This document shows, piece after piece, positions 19,301 through 30,127 of a stretch of DNA of 64,000 bases. Position 1 is the stretch's first letter. The number at the start of each line of letters is the position of its first letter. The stretch spans positions 1,184,001-1,248,000 of the forward strand of contig OZ242220.1 of the NCBI GenBank assembly GCA_965206745.1, read 5' to 3'. The position numbers were made by a program, and so were the translations under genes. The notes beneath the pieces were generated by a model, which saw only the letters and a list, made by a program, of their open reading frames with translations, had not been told where the DNA came from and did not search any database. This stretch comes from Nitrosopumilus sp. GTDB lineage: Archaea; Thermoproteota; Nitrososphaeria; Nitrososphaerales; Nitrosopumilaceae.

Positions 19301-20887
19301 TTATTTTATTTGATTTTTCCTTATCGTTCTATTATATGCCACACCAAATCTATGAGTCTCATCTCGAGCATATTGTAAAATTTTCAAAGAAGCATTGTAT
19401 TTGGGAATGATTAAAGGATTTTTGTGTTTAGGCAGATATACTTCTTCGTTTTCTTTTGCCAGAGATATACAAGACAGATCCAAGCCAAGGGATTCCAGAG
19501 CAGTGATTGCAGAACCAAGTTGCCCCTTACCACCGTCAATCACAATCAAGTCAGGAAGTTGAGAATTTTCTTCTAACAATCTATAGTATCGTCTCTTGAT
19601 GACTTCGCCAATCATTGCAAAATCATCTCGTCCAGATACTGTTTTGATCTTGAATTTTCTATACCCAGATTTGTTTGGAATGCCACCTACAAACCTAGAC
19701 ATGGAGCCAACAGCAAAATCTTCGCCATGATTGGAAATATCAAAACATTCAATGATATTTGGAATTACAGGCAGGCCAAGGACTTCTTTTAGTTCTACCA
19801 ATCCAGGATCCCCACCTTTAGAATGAATTAGTCGGATATTCTTCAAAATCAGATTGATGATGTCTTTTTTCTTGCCTCTTACAGGGGACAAAATTTGGAC
19901 ATTGAATCCAGATTGTTCCGATAATAAGGATTCTAACAATTTCCGATTTTCAGGTAATTCACTGACAAAGATGAATTTGGGGATTTTATGCGTAGAATAA
20001 TACTGATACAGAAAATTTGAAAAAGAGTTATCGCCAACTAAATCAAAAAAGAATTTGTCACTATCTCTAATCACACCGTTAATCATTCTAAAGTTCATCA
20101 CAGATGCGGACTGTTCCTGAATTCCTATTCCAAAATATTCCTCATCAGAATTTTCAACATATTCCATTTTTTGCTTAGTCTGCAAACTTCCAAGTCGAAT
20201 CAGAGTATCACGAATGTCCTTTGCACGTTCAAATTGCTGCAATTTGGCTGCTTGCTGCATCTCTTCTTCTAATTTTTTTGTAAAAACCTTGGTCTGATCT
20301 TTTCCTTTGAGTACGTCCTCTAATGCAGAGACATGCTTGGGGTATCTGTCCTGAGCATCTTTGAATTCACATGGACCCTCACAATTTCCCAAGTGATATT
20401 CCAAGCATATCTTTTTTGGAAGGGTTTTACAAATTCTAATTTGAAATGCCTTTCTCAACGTACCAATAGTTAGTAATTTTGAGCTGCCTTGTGTGAAAGG
20501 TCCAAAAACCTTTCCCTTTCCTAAAAATTTTCCGTCACGAGTTCGTCTTGAGACTAACAATCGAGGAAATTTTTCGTCAGAAATTCTAAGATACGTGTAT
20601 CTCTGTTGATCTTTTAATTCAATGTTAAATCGCGGCCTGTATTTTTTGATCATGTTTGATTCCAAAAGAAACGCTTCGCTTTCATTATCAGTTAAAACAA
20701 ACTCAATGTTAGAGATATTTTCTACCAGTTTTTGTGTTTTGTAATTTTGATTTTTGTTAAAGTAGGACTTGACTCGGTTTTTCAAATTTTTGGCTTTGCC
20801 AATATAGATAATTGTGCCATCAGAATCTTTCATCAAATAGATTCCAGGATCAGAGGGAATGGTAATTTTAGATATATTAAAAGTCAT
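19301..20887 (-). CDS. uvrC: Excinuclease ABC subunit C
   Basis: GIY-YIG (PGIYLM...IYIGKAKNLKNRVKSYF), ECFDISN, IDGGKGQL, RDETHRF. Confidence 0.96.
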   Translation of the reverse strand: MTFNISKITIPSDPGIYLMKDSDGTIIYIGKAKNLKNRVKSYFNKNQNYKTQKLVENISNIEFVLTDNESEAFLLESNMIKKYRPRFNIELKDQQRYTYLRISDEKFPRLLVSRRTRDGKFLGKGKVFGPFTQGSSKLLTIGTLRKAFQIRICKTLPKKICLEYHLGNCEGPCEFKDAQDRYPKHVSALEDVLKGKDQTKVFTKKLEEEMQQAAKLQQFERAKDIRDTLIRLGSLQTKQKMEYVENSDEEYFGIGIQEQSASVMNFRMINGVIRDSDKFFFDLVGDNSFSNFLYQYYSTHKIPKFIFVSELPENRKLLESLLSEQSGFNVQILSPVRGKKKDIINLILKNIRLIHSKGGDPGLVELKEVLGLPVIPNIIECFDISNHGEDFAVGSMSRFVGGIPNKSGYRKFKIKTVSGRDDFAMIGEVIKRRYYRLLEENSQLPDLIVIDGGKGQLGSAITALESLGLDLSCISLAKENEEVYLPKHKNPLIIPKYNASLKILQYARDETHRFGVAYNRTIRKNQIK

Positions 20888-23715
20888 TTTTTCAATAATT
20901 TCTTCAGATATTTCCCCGTATAACTCCCAGGTGCCTTTGCAATATCTCGTGGCGTACCAACTGCTACGACTTTTCCACCCTCATCACCGCCCTCAGGCCC
21001 AAGATCGATTAGCCAGTCAGAATTTTTGATAACATCCATGTTATGCTCAATTACAATCACTGTGTTTCCAAGGTTGACCAGGCGATTTAAAACGTCCAAT
21101 AACTTTTGAACGTCTGCAAAATGCAGTCCGGTAGTGGGCTCATCTAGTATGTAGAGAGTCTTTCCAGTACCACGCTTTGATAACTCAGATGCAAGTTTCA
21201 CCCTTTGAGCTTCACCGCCAGAAAGCGTAGTTGATGACTGCCCAAGTTTGATATAGCCTAAACCAACATCATATATGGTTTGTAATTTGCGTTGAATCGC
21301 AGGAATATTTTCAAAGAAATTTAATGCCTCATACACAGTCATGTCTAAAATATCTGAAATATTTTTCCCCTTGTACAATACGGACAAAGTTTCGGTGTTG
21401 TATCTTTTTCCCTTGCATTCATCGCATTTTACATATACATCAGACAAAAACTGCATCTCAATTTGTTTTACGCCATCTCCATCACATGCAAAACACCTAC
21501 CATGAGCTACATTAAATGAGAACTGTCCAGGTGCATATCCACGCTCTTTTGATAAGGCCGTGTTTGAATAAAGTTCTCTAATGGGAGTAAATGCACCTAT
21601 GTAAGTTGCAGGGTTTGAGCGAGGGGTTCTTCCAATAGGCGATTGATCAATGGCAATCACCTTATCTACATTTTCCAGGCCTACAATATCCTTGTGCATT
21701 CCAGAGCGCACATTAGATTTGTAAAAATGATTTTCTAGTGATTTTAACAAAATATCATTAATCAGAGTGGATTTACCAGAGCCAGAAACGCCGGTGACAG
21801 AGACAAAAAGACCCAAGGGAATCTCTACATTGATGTCTTTTAGATTGTTTTCAGATGCTTTCCTTATAATTAGAGAGCCAGAATTATTACGAATTTTATC
21901 ATGGAGATTTATCAGAGAATTGTTTTTCAAATATGCACCAGTGACAGATTTGCTATCCTTGAGAATCCGATTTACAGTTCCTTCAAAAACCACATTTCCC
22001 CCATGTATGCCAGCTCCCGGACCCAGATCAATCATCCAGTCTGAATTTCGTATAACTTCCTCGTCATGCTCCACAACTATGACGGTATTTCCCAGATTTC
22101 GTAGCTTATTTAGCGTTTTAATGAGACGAGAGTTGTCCCTCTGATGCAATCCGATAGTAGGCTCATCAAGAACATACAAAACACCAGTCAAATTAGAGCC
22201 AATCTGGGTTGCCAGTCTGATTCTTTGGGATTCACCACCAGACAGCGTAGAGCTTAGTCTATTTAGTGTAAGATAGTTTAAACCAACATTCATCAGAAAT
22301 TCAAGGCGTTCTCGGATCTCTTTTAAGACATCTCTTGCAATGTGTTGTTCATTCGCAGTTAATTTTAGCGAAGAAAAGAAATCATAGCAATGATCAATTG
22401 ACATGTCACATACATCCATGATTCCCTTTTCATTGATTTTAACTGCAAGGGATTCAGGTTTTAGTTTTTTACCAGCACATGTGTTGCAAGGGGTGTCTCG
22501 CATGAATTGTTTTAGCCATTCCCTTTTTGATTCAGAATCAGTTTCCATAAAAATACGTTGTAGATTAACCAAAACGCCTTCAAATGCATTAGTTGACTGC
22601 CAAGACGAACCACCGGATTTGGAACGGTATGTAAAGTCAATTAAATCATCTGCACCATGCAAAATTATTTGGAGATGCTTTGGTTTTATCTTATCAAAAG
22701 GTGTCATCAAATCAAAGCCAAATTTTTTTCCAACTGCCCGCAGTGCTTGACGTCTAAATGCAGAGAATCTGCCACTCCATGGAACAATTGCACCATCCAA
22801 AATGGATTTGGTTTTGTCTGGGACAACTAAATCAGCATCAAATTCCATTTTTACACCTAGACCATTACAAGTTTTGCACATGCCAAATGGAGAGTTAAAT
22901 GAGAAGGATCTTGGCTCCAATTCACCCACAGTCAAACCACAATAGGGGCACGCATTATTTTGCGAGAAAATTTTTTCTGATTTCTCAGTTGCAATCATTA
23001 CGTCACCTTTAGACGCCTTGATGGCAGTCTGTATCGCCTCAAAAAGTCGAGATCTTTCGGACTTTTCAGTGGTGATTCTATCAACTACAATCTCAATATT
23101 GTGCCATTTTTGCCTGTCAAGTGGAGGCATTTCGTCATCTAGGCTCAAAATTTCGCCATTTAGGCGTATTCTAGAGTATCCGTCCTTTTTGATTTGCTCA
23201 AATAATTTTTCATATGTGCCTTTTTTCCTTTGAACTATGGGTGCCAAGATGAGGATCTTCTTGCCTGAAAAATCTTTGAGTATAGAATCACATATTCTTT
23301 CTATAGATTGTGTGGAAACTTTACGGCCACAGTTGGTACAGTAAGGAATCCCAATCCTTGCAAACAGCAATCTCATGTAATCATAGATTTCAGTAGTGGT
23401 TCCAACAGTAGAACGGGGATTCTTACTAGTGGTTTTTTGCTGGATGGAGATGGCAGGAGAAAGGCCTTCGATGGAATCAACGTCAGGTTTATCCATCATC
23501 TCTAAAAATTGGCGAGCGTATGCTGAAAGGGATTCAACATATCTTCGTTGGCCCTCAGCATAAATCGTATCAAATGCCAGAGTGGACTTTCCAGAACCAG
23601 ACAGCCCACTAATAACAATTAATTTGTTTTTTGGAATATCAATATCCAAATTCTTTAGATTGTGATGCCTTGCTCCGCGAACTTTTAACTTATTTTCTAC
23701 CATTTTTAAACTCAA
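20884..23715 (-). CDS. uvrA: Excinuclease ABC subunit A
   Basis: Two ABC modules (GLSGSGKS, GVSGSGKS, LSGGE) with zinc fingers. Confidence 0.98.
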   Translation of the reverse strand: MSLKMVENKLKVRGARHHNLKNLDIDIPKNKLIVISGLSGSGKSTLAFDTIYAEGQRRYVESLSAYARQFLEMMDKPDVDSIEGLSPAISIQQKTTSKNPRSTVGTTTEIYDYMRLLFARIGIPYCTNCGRKVSTQSIERICDSILKDFSGKKILILAPIVQRKKGTYEKLFEQIKKDGYSRIRLNGEILSLDDEMPPLDRQKWHNIEIVVDRITTEKSERSRLFEAIQTAIKASKGDVMIATEKSEKIFSQNNACPYCGLTVGELEPRSFSFNSPFGMCKTCNGLGVKMEFDADLVVPDKTKSILDGAIVPWSGRFSAFRRQALRAVGKKFGFDLMTPFDKIKPKHLQIILHGADDLIDFTYRSKSGGSSWQSTNAFEGVLVNLQRIFMETDSESKREWLKQFMRDTPCNTCAGKKLKPESLAVKINEKGIMDVCDMSIDHCYDFFSSLKLTANEQHIARDVLKEIRERLEFLMNVGLNYLTLNRLSSTLSGGESQRIRLATQIGSNLTGVLYVLDEPTIGLHQRDNSRLIKTLNKLRNLGNTVIVVEHDEEVIRNSDWMIDLGPGAGIHGGNVVFEGTVNRILKDSKSVTGAYLKNNSLINLHDKIRNNSGSLIIRKASENNLKDINVEIPLGLFVSVTGVSGSGKSTLINDILLKSLENHFYKSNVRSGMHKDIVGLENVDKVIAIDQSPIGRTPRSNPATYIGAFTPIRELYSNTALSKERGYAPGQFSFNVAHGRCFACDGDGVKQIEMQFLSDVYVKCDECKGKRYNTETLSVLYKGKNISDILDMTVYEALNFFENIPAIQRKLQTIYDVGLGYIKLGQSSTTLSGGEAQRVKLASELSKRGTGKTLYILDEPTTGLHFADVQKLLDVLNRLVNLGNTVIVIEHNMDVIKNSDWLIDLGPEGGDEGGKVVAVGTPRDIAKAPGSYTGKYLKKLLKK

Positions 23716-25651
23716 TCTCCTTTTCTATTCTTTTCATTCTATCCCTGCACTCAATTGCACGTTCAAAATCTAATTCATCAGAATATTTTTTCATCTGCGC
23801 TTCCAAATCAATTAGTTCATTTGTGAGATCATGAATTGACTTTAATTTTGAATCATCTAATGCAACTTCTTGCAAAGGCACAGATTTGACAATAGTTCTG
23901 GGAGTTATACGGTGTTCCTTATTGTATTGCATTTGTTTTTCCCTACGACGCCTAGTTTCATTCAGAGCGTTTTTCATCGATTGTGTGGTATTATCAGCAT
24001 ACATGATGACAAAGCCGTTCACATTTCTTGCAGCACGCCCACAGGTTTGAATCAAACTAGTAAAGTTTCTCAAAAAACCCTCTTTATCTGCATCTAAGAT
24101 CGCAACCAGAGAGACTTCGGGTATATCAAGCCCCTCTCGAAGAAGGTTGATGCCGACTAGTACATCAAATTCACCTAGACGCAGTTGCCTAATTATCTCA
24201 GTTCTCTGCAAGCCTTCTATTTCAGAATGCATGTATCTTACCCTAACGTGCTTCTTTGAGAGATACTCGGCCAGATCTTCGGCCATGCGTTTGGTCAAAG
24301 TTGTGACTAAAACACGCTCAGAATGGGCAGATCTTTTGCTAATCTCTTTGATCAAGTCATCCATCTGATCCTTAGTGGGCCTAATCTCAATTAGAGGGTC
24401 AAGTAATCCGGTAGGCCGCACCAGTTGTTCGACAATTTGAGATGAGGTTTTCTTCTCATATTCAGAAGGGGTCGCAGATACAAAAATAGTATTTCTGATG
24501 TATTTTTCAAACTCTTCAAACTTTAATGGGCGATTATCAAATGCACTTGGCAATCTAAACCCATATGTGATTAATTCGTTTTTTCTTGAGTGATCACCCT
24601 TGTACATTCCGTGAAGTTGAGGCAATGTGACATGGGATTCGTCAATCACTAAAAGGTAATCATCCCCAAAAAAGTCTATAAGACAAAATGCTTTCTCCCC
24701 AGATTTTCTCCCATCAAAGTGTCTAGAATAATTCTCAATTCCAGAACAATATCCCAATTCTTCAATCATTTCCAAGTCATACTTTGTTCTCATCTCAAGT
24801 CTCTGTTTTTCCAGTTCGTTTAATTCAGGTAGGCGCAGTTTTAACTCTGCCCTGATTGATTTGACTGCCTTTTTGCGAGCATCTTTTGCAATGAGATAGT
24901 GTTTTGCAGGATAAATTTTCATCGTGGATATTTGCTTCTTTTCTTTTAACGAAACAGGATCCAATATGGTGATTTTTTCCACTTCGTCTCCAAAGAGGGA
25001 AATTCTAACTAAATCCTCAGAGTAGGCAGGGATAACGCTGATAGTGTCACCCATTACTTTGAAATTTCCAGGAGCTGTTTCAGTGTCATTTCTCTCATAT
25101 CGGGCATCAATGAATTGCCGAATGATTTCATCTCTTTTGATTTGATCTCCAGTGTTAACCGTGATGGCCAAATCTTCCCAATCCTTAGGATTTCCCAGAG
25201 AATAGATGCAAGATACCGTAGATACAATAATCGTAGGCTCGCCAGAAAGCAGCATTGCAGTTGCTTCCAGTCTCATCTTTTCAATTTGTTCATTGATTTG
25301 GGTGTCTTTTTCAATGTAGGTGTCTGTCTGAGGCAGATAGCTCTCTGGTTGATAGTAGTCATAGTAGGATACAAAATATCCGACATTGTTTTTTGGAAAG
25401 AACTGTTTGAGTTCTGAGTAAAGTTGTGCGGCAAGTGTTTTATTGTGAGAGATTACCAGGGTGTTCTTTCCAGTTCTTGCAATAACATTTGCTACAGAGA
25501 ATGTCTTGCCACTTCCAGTCACGCCAAGCAGGGTTTGGATGGAGCCTTTCTGCACACCATTAACCAAGGAATCTATAGCCTGTGGCTGATCCCCTGTGGG
25601 TTCATAATCAGATGCCAATTCAAATGAGGAGACCTGTTCCAACATATCCAA
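23690..25651 (-). CDS. uvrB: Excinuclease ABC subunit B
   Basis: GVTGSGKT, YYDYYQPE beta-hairpin, DESH, C-terminal UVR domain. Confidence 0.98.
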   Translation of the reverse strand: MDMLEQVSSFELASDYEPTGDQPQAIDSLVNGVQKGSIQTLLGVTGSGKTFSVANVIARTGKNTLVISHNKTLAAQLYSELKQFFPKNNVGYFVSYYDYYQPESYLPQTDTYIEKDTQINEQIEKMRLEATAMLLSGEPTIIVSTVSCIYSLGNPKDWEDLAITVNTGDQIKRDEIIRQFIDARYERNDTETAPGNFKVMGDTISVIPAYSEDLVRISLFGDEVEKITILDPVSLKEKKQISTMKIYPAKHYLIAKDARKKAVKSIRAELKLRLPELNELEKQRLEMRTKYDLEMIEELGYCSGIENYSRHFDGRKSGEKAFCLIDFFGDDYLLVIDESHVTLPQLHGMYKGDHSRKNELITYGFRLPSAFDNRPLKFEEFEKYIRNTIFVSATPSEYEKKTSSQIVEQLVRPTGLLDPLIEIRPTKDQMDDLIKEISKRSAHSERVLVTTLTKRMAEDLAEYLSKKHVRVRYMHSEIEGLQRTEIIRQLRLGEFDVLVGINLLREGLDIPEVSLVAILDADKEGFLRNFTSLIQTCGRAARNVNGFVIMYADNTTQSMKNALNETRRRREKQMQYNKEHRITPRTIVKSVPLQEVALDDSKLKSIHDLTNELIDLEAQMKKYSDELDFERAIECRDRMKRIEKEIEFKNGRK

Positions 25652-25770
25652 TCATGAAAAACTGAACTTATAGCTAACGATTCAAAGCCTCAGGTTGCTA
25701 ATAACCAACTTTCCAAGATTTGTCCTCACTTGGATTTGCCTGTTCAAAGCAATGCAATATCAAAATAAAA

Positions 25771-26403
25771 TCACCAAATAGGCTCGTCAATCATCTTGAG
25801 TCCAGTCTCAGTCACTTCAAATCCCATAATCTTCAAAGTTTCAAGTGCGGTTGGAGAGTTTCGCTTGAGAATTTTTTGGGCCAAACTCAACCTATCATCA
25901 GGCCTCATGTGTTGGCCGATTTTGTATTTTCCATAAAGTGTAGTGGGAGTAACTTTGATCACACTGACAGCGTCTAAAACGCGCATTTCAGATTGTATTG
26001 GATCATATTGCCCCTCAGGCTGATACTTTTCCATCAGTCCATTGAGTGCGAGTGTTTTTTCTTCTCTATCAGATACAAGCAGAGCTGTTCCTTTGATCAC
26101 TATGCTGATGTACAGTGTATCTGCCAGAGATGCGTTGTGAGGATCCTCAAAATAAGAAGGTAGAAATTCTAATTCCCTATCTGCTTCAAATCCGACCTTG
26201 TTATTTCTAGAAATATTGTCTAATTTCTCACCCCTTACATGAGAATGCATGTAAATGGCATCATTAAGAAATACAAAATTCATCGGAATTATCTGTGGAA
26301 AACCACTCTCATCGATGCTTGCTACACGTCCAACATGTTCATCATGCAAAAATTCTTTTATTTTATCATGTGATTTAATCTGAAGAATTCCAGTTAGTTG
26401 CAC
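25771..26403 (-). CDS. Pyridoxamine 5'-phosphate oxidase-like flavin-binding protein (NimA-like)
   Basis: GRVASIDESGFPQIIPMNF, IYMHS..GEKLDNI, GKYKIGQ. Confidence 0.85.
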   Translation of the reverse strand: MQLTGILQIKSHDKIKEFLHDEHVGRVASIDESGFPQIIPMNFVFLNDAIYMHSHVRGEKLDNISRNNKVGFEADRELEFLPSYFEDPHNASLADTLYISIVIKGTALLVSDREEKTLALNGLMEKYQPEGQYDPIQSEMRVLDAVSVIKVTPTTLYGKYKIGQHMRPDDRLSLAQKILKRNSPTALETLKIMGFEVTETGLKMIDEPIW

Positions 26404-26479
26404 AGATTAATCTAGAAAAATAATGTTATAAATCGATGTACAGAAACCCCTAAAATACAAGATAAAATGAAAAATCATC

Positions 26480-26698
26480 ATGAATGATCCGTATCTTGAT
26501 GAACTAAGGGAGGACTTTGAAGGATACTCCAACCAATTGAAAAAACTAAAAAGAAAATTACTAAAGGCAAATTCTCCTGAAATTCAAGCAAAGATTGTCA
26601 AGCAGATCGATTCAACTGCCAAGAAGATGGAGAATAATCAAAGGCAATCAGCAAAGGTGACAAAATCAAGAATCAAAGAAAGAAGATCAAGGAGATAG
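26480..26698 (+). CDS. Small basic coiled-coil hypothetical protein
   Basis: 72-aa helical ORF. Confidence 0.7.
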   Translation: MNDPYLDELREDFEGYSNQLKKLKRKLLKANSPEIQAKIVKQIDSTAKKMENNQRQSAKVTKSRIKERRSRR

Positions 26699-26700
26699 AA

Positions 26701-26793
26701 CTAGTCATCAGTATCTAGTTCTTTTACCATTGCCTGGATTTCTAAAATCCTACATTCCAATTCAGCACATTCCGTTTTCAAATCTGCACTCAT
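26701..26793 (-). CDS. Putative 30-aa microprotein
   Basis: Manual translation MSADLKTECAELECRILEIQAMVKELDTDD*; heptad-like and abuts the stop of the convergent gene. Confidence 0.4.
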   Translation of the reverse strand: MSADLKTECAELECRILEIQAMVKELDTDD

Positions 26794-26907
26794 GGAATAT
26801 AATTGCAAAAACAATCAAAAGCAGACAACATTTTAAAACTTGACTTCTTTGATTCAAATTATTCATTAATGTAAATTGCTAAATTTGGGAGGGATTCAAC
26901 ATAATGA

Positions 26908-27321
26908 ATGTCTGAAATTGACAGAGAGCGAGAGGAAGCAACGGAGATGACATTGGATCTTTTAGAAGAATGGGGTTCGGCATCCAAATTCATCTGGTTT
27001 AGAGAATTACACAGAATAACTGATATCGACAAAGGATTGCTTCGAAATATTCTCAATGACTTGAAGAAATCAAAAGAGATCAAAGAGATGCATGGGACCA
27101 ACAACAGAATATTTTTCTGCCTCAAAAAATATTACATCAAATGCAGAGATGTGGAATTTAGATTCAAAGGCAAGCAAATAATGCTAAAGGATGGAAGCAA
27201 AACAAAGATCATTCAAGGTTCGACTAATGCGACAGAGAGGACTAGAAAGAGATTGGAAAAACAAAAAAACAAGCGACGAGCTAAATCATTTACAAAAAAG
27301 AAAAGACCCCACAAATCATAG
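26908..27321 (+). CDS. Hypothetical winged-helix protein
   Basis: WFRELHRITDIDKGLLRNILNDLKKSKEI helix-turn-helix-like segment; basic C-terminus. Confidence 0.7.
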   Translation: MSEIDREREEATEMTLDLLEEWGSASKFIWFRELHRITDIDKGLLRNILNDLKKSKEIKEMHGTNNRIFFCLKKYYIKCRDVEFRFKGKQIMLKDGSKTKIIQGSTNATERTRKRLEKQKNKRRAKSFTKKKRPHKS

Positions 27322-27329
27322 AGGTCTTC

Positions 27330-27545
27330 TTACTGGCGTCTTGTAAAATTTGATTCTGCACGTTTTAGTTTTGCAGATTCTGCAACGTCTTCAGTCATGT
27401 CGTATAGATTATGCAATTCCATGTCAGGGGTCAATTCGTCCTCTTTCTCATCATCTAGATCATATTCAAGATCAGAAAGGAGACTTATATTTTCATCTAA
27501 AATATCAAGACATTTTCTTATCGATTCAGGAAGGTCTTCATCCAT
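27330..27545 (-). CDS. Small acidic hypothetical protein
   Basis: 71-aa D/E-rich ORF. Confidence 0.65.
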   Translation of the reverse strand: MDEDLPESIRKCLDILDENISLLSDLEYDLDDEKEDELTPDMELHNLYDMTEDVAESAKLKRAESNFTRRQ

Positions 27546-27604
27546 GAGAAGACCTAGAACAAGGTAAACTAAAGGATTTGCTATACGTCATAGTATAGAA
27601 CGTC

Positions 27605-28711
27605 TTATTGTTTGGCTTTTTCACGCAATACAGGCATTACATGGCTTGCAAATTTATCAATAGAGCCAAAGTAATTCTTGCCCCAAAATCTAATTACAAA
27701 GTGGTTTACACCAGCCTTCATGAATCTTTCAAATGTCGGAATCACATCTTCTGGAGTACCAACAGCAGTTGATGAACGTGCTATAGCATCAGGGATTTTG
27801 GTTGCAGCATCCCTCATCTTTACAATCCAGCTTTGGTCAGACATTGAATATTCTGTAAAGTATTTTACAAAATCAAATCCTTCGATCTCCTTCAAGCCGT
27901 GAACCCTCAAAATTTCAGGCTTGAATAGACTGACTTTAACTGCCTCTTTCATCTTGGCCCAGGATGCTTCGGCATCATCAGAGAAATAGACATCAATATC
28001 TAATGCAAATTCAAAGTTGTCCTTTTCTTGCTGAGTTCTGTTGTTGGCATCCATTGAAACTTCGATCTGTCTTTTGTGATCTTCAAATAGTTCGGGAGTG
28101 TAACCTATTGGCAACCAGCCATCACCGAGCTTTCCAGTTAATGCAAGGGTTCGCTTACCTCCAGATGCCATGTAAGTTGGCGGATGTGGTTTTCTAATCG
28201 GAGAAGCTTGCAAGCATGCGCCTTCAAGCTGGTAATATTTTCCTTTGTAATTTACAGTATTGTCTGGTGTTGATTCGTATAATGTGTGAATGGTTTCGAT
28301 CTGCTCTTCCCACTTTGAAACAGGCTTTTCAAATGGAATGCAAAATTCTTTCAGATTCTGTGCTTCGCCTGCTCCAATTCCCAATATTGCCCTGCCCTTT
28401 GAAACTCTGTCCAGAGTGATTGCAGCCAGTGCAATGTTTGAGGGATGTCTTCTAATTGCATCAGTTACACAGGTTCCCAGTTCCACATTATTTGTAACGG
28501 CTGCAATTGCAGATAACATGACCCAAGGGTCAAGAACGGTTGCATTTTTCCATTGTGGGACATTTGTATGATCCATATAGAAGATTGAATCATAGCCAGT
28601 CTTATCAGCAAGCATGCATGCAGTTAAAATTTGATCCTCAGTATATCCGGCTCTTGCAACGTTTAGGCCATTTTGAATACCAAATTTTAGCTTCTTATCT
28701 GTCAAGTACAT
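27605..28711 (-). CDS. LLM-class (luciferase-like) F420-dependent oxidoreductase
   Basis: GYDSIFYMDH, LDPWVMLSAIAAVT, LGTCVTD..RRHP, GRAILGIGAGE, DGWLP. Confidence 0.9.
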   Translation of the reverse strand: MYLTDKKLKFGIQNGLNVARAGYTEDQILTACMLADKTGYDSIFYMDHTNVPQWKNATVLDPWVMLSAIAAVTNNVELGTCVTDAIRRHPSNIALAAITLDRVSKGRAILGIGAGEAQNLKEFCIPFEKPVSKWEEQIETIHTLYESTPDNTVNYKGKYYQLEGACLQASPIRKPHPPTYMASGGKRTLALTGKLGDGWLPIGYTPELFEDHKRQIEVSMDANNRTQQEKDNFEFALDIDVYFSDDAEASWAKMKEAVKVSLFKPEILRVHGLKEIEGFDFVKYFTEYSMSDQSWIVKMRDAATKIPDAIARSSTAVGTPEDVIPTFERFMKAGVNHFVIRFWGKNYFGSIDKFASHVMPVLREKAKQ

Positions 28712-28804
28712 TTACGACAGATTATGAGAATAAAAAGTTTAGTCAAGCTGCCAATTTCGCACTTTATCAATAAAATAGAAGAAAAGTAAAAAATATTGAA
28801 TTTT

Positions 28805-29749
28805 TTACAAATTACCTGCTTTGATATCTTCAAGGCACTTTACGACATCGTTTTTGGATATTGGAATTGGGTTTGGATCCAAATGTCCCTTATCTGTCAT
28901 TACCGTATCTGCGGCTTCGGAGACATCAGTTTTGAGTTCCAATTTATCAAAACCCAGCTTTTCCATGGCCTCTTTGAATCTATCATAAAAGATTGACTTG
29001 TTATGTTTGTGTGCAACGGTAGTACAGGAGGACAGTGAATATCCATGAGGTACACCCTCATTTGAGAACACATAGGACAATGCATGTCCCAAGGTTGTAG
29101 AGCAATTACCAAATCCCATTCCAGACAACATTGATCCGTATGGATAGTTTTCTGGCTTGTCATTGATGATTGCGTCATACAGGATATCAAATGCTTGCTT
29201 GCACAGAGTTCTTGTCAAGTCATTGCCGAGCTTGCTATCATAGCCTTCAGTAGCTTGAGCACAAGCATCACAGACAGAGTTGTTTATGACTTGCTGTGGA
29301 GTTCCATCTAAAAAGTAGGAATCTACAACGGCCATATCGGCTAGAAATCTGTCCTCACGTAATAATTTCTTTTTACCATCAAACTTTAGAACGCAATAGG
29401 TTGTCATCTCAGCTCCAGTTCCAAATGTGGTTGGAATTAAGATTTTTTCTTTTTTCATCTCAGGTGCAGCATATTTTACTACATCCATAGAACTTCCACC
29501 ACCAAGTCCAATTAGACATGATGGGTCTTTGTCTTTGAATTGTGAAATAACAGCAGTTACGTCATCCATTGATGGTTCAGGTTTTACCTGGTCATACAAC
29601 ATGTAATCCGTAATTCCCATTCTTGCAATCCACTTGTCAGAAAGTTCAGGAGGAACTGTTGTAACAATTAGGGCATTTTTTGGATATTCTGTTTCACCAA
29701 GTGCATTTTCTCCAAATTTGATAACTTTTGGAATGCGTACTGTATTCAT
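28805..29749 (-). CDS. Iron-containing alcohol dehydrogenase; probable malonic or succinic semialdehyde reductase of the thaumarchaeal 3HP/4HB cycle
   Basis: GLGGGSSMD, IPTTFGTGAE, GHALSY, PHG metal ligands. By recall, closely resembles the Nitrosopumilus semialdehyde reductases; which paralogue cannot be settled here. Confidence 0.85.
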   Translation of the reverse strand: MNTVRIPKVIKFGENALGETEYPKNALIVTTVPPELSDKWIARMGITDYMLYDQVKPEPSMDDVTAVISQFKDKDPSCLIGLGGGSSMDVVKYAAPEMKKEKILIPTTFGTGAEMTTYCVLKFDGKKKLLREDRFLADMAVVDSYFLDGTPQQVINNSVCDACAQATEGYDSKLGNDLTRTLCKQAFDILYDAIINDKPENYPYGSMLSGMGFGNCSTTLGHALSYVFSNEGVPHGYSLSSCTTVAHKHNKSIFYDRFKEAMEKLGFDKLELKTDVSEAADTVMTDKGHLDPNPIPISKNDVVKCLEDIKAGNL

Positions 29750-30127
29750 AAATGAAGGGCAACATTGATTATTATTATATCTTCCAATTGAAAACGAGCA
29801 TTACATTATGCAAATTTCCTGAAAATATGACAAAGATGACTGTCTGTCTCACAGATACAGACATTCACCTTGGGTTAAAATTTGGATATCTGCCTAGATT
29901 TCAATGAACAGTAATTCGCATGAAAATAAGACACGCTCTGATCAAATATGGTGATCAGATCACCATTTGTGACCAAAGTCTCATCACACAAAGACATTTG
30001 ACCGCTGAGGAATTTTGTCTGCTTCAAGGCACATTAGCATATACCTAGAAATCACACCTAAAAACAGCCACAAATACAATATATGGATCCCCTCAAAGTT
30101 GGCAGATCCACCCAAAAAATTTGGAAC

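Noticed and set aside
19301-25651. Bacterial-type uvrBAC as a recent horizontal acquisition
   Set aside because: UvrABC is a known common feature of Thaumarchaeota, and there are no mobility signs around it.
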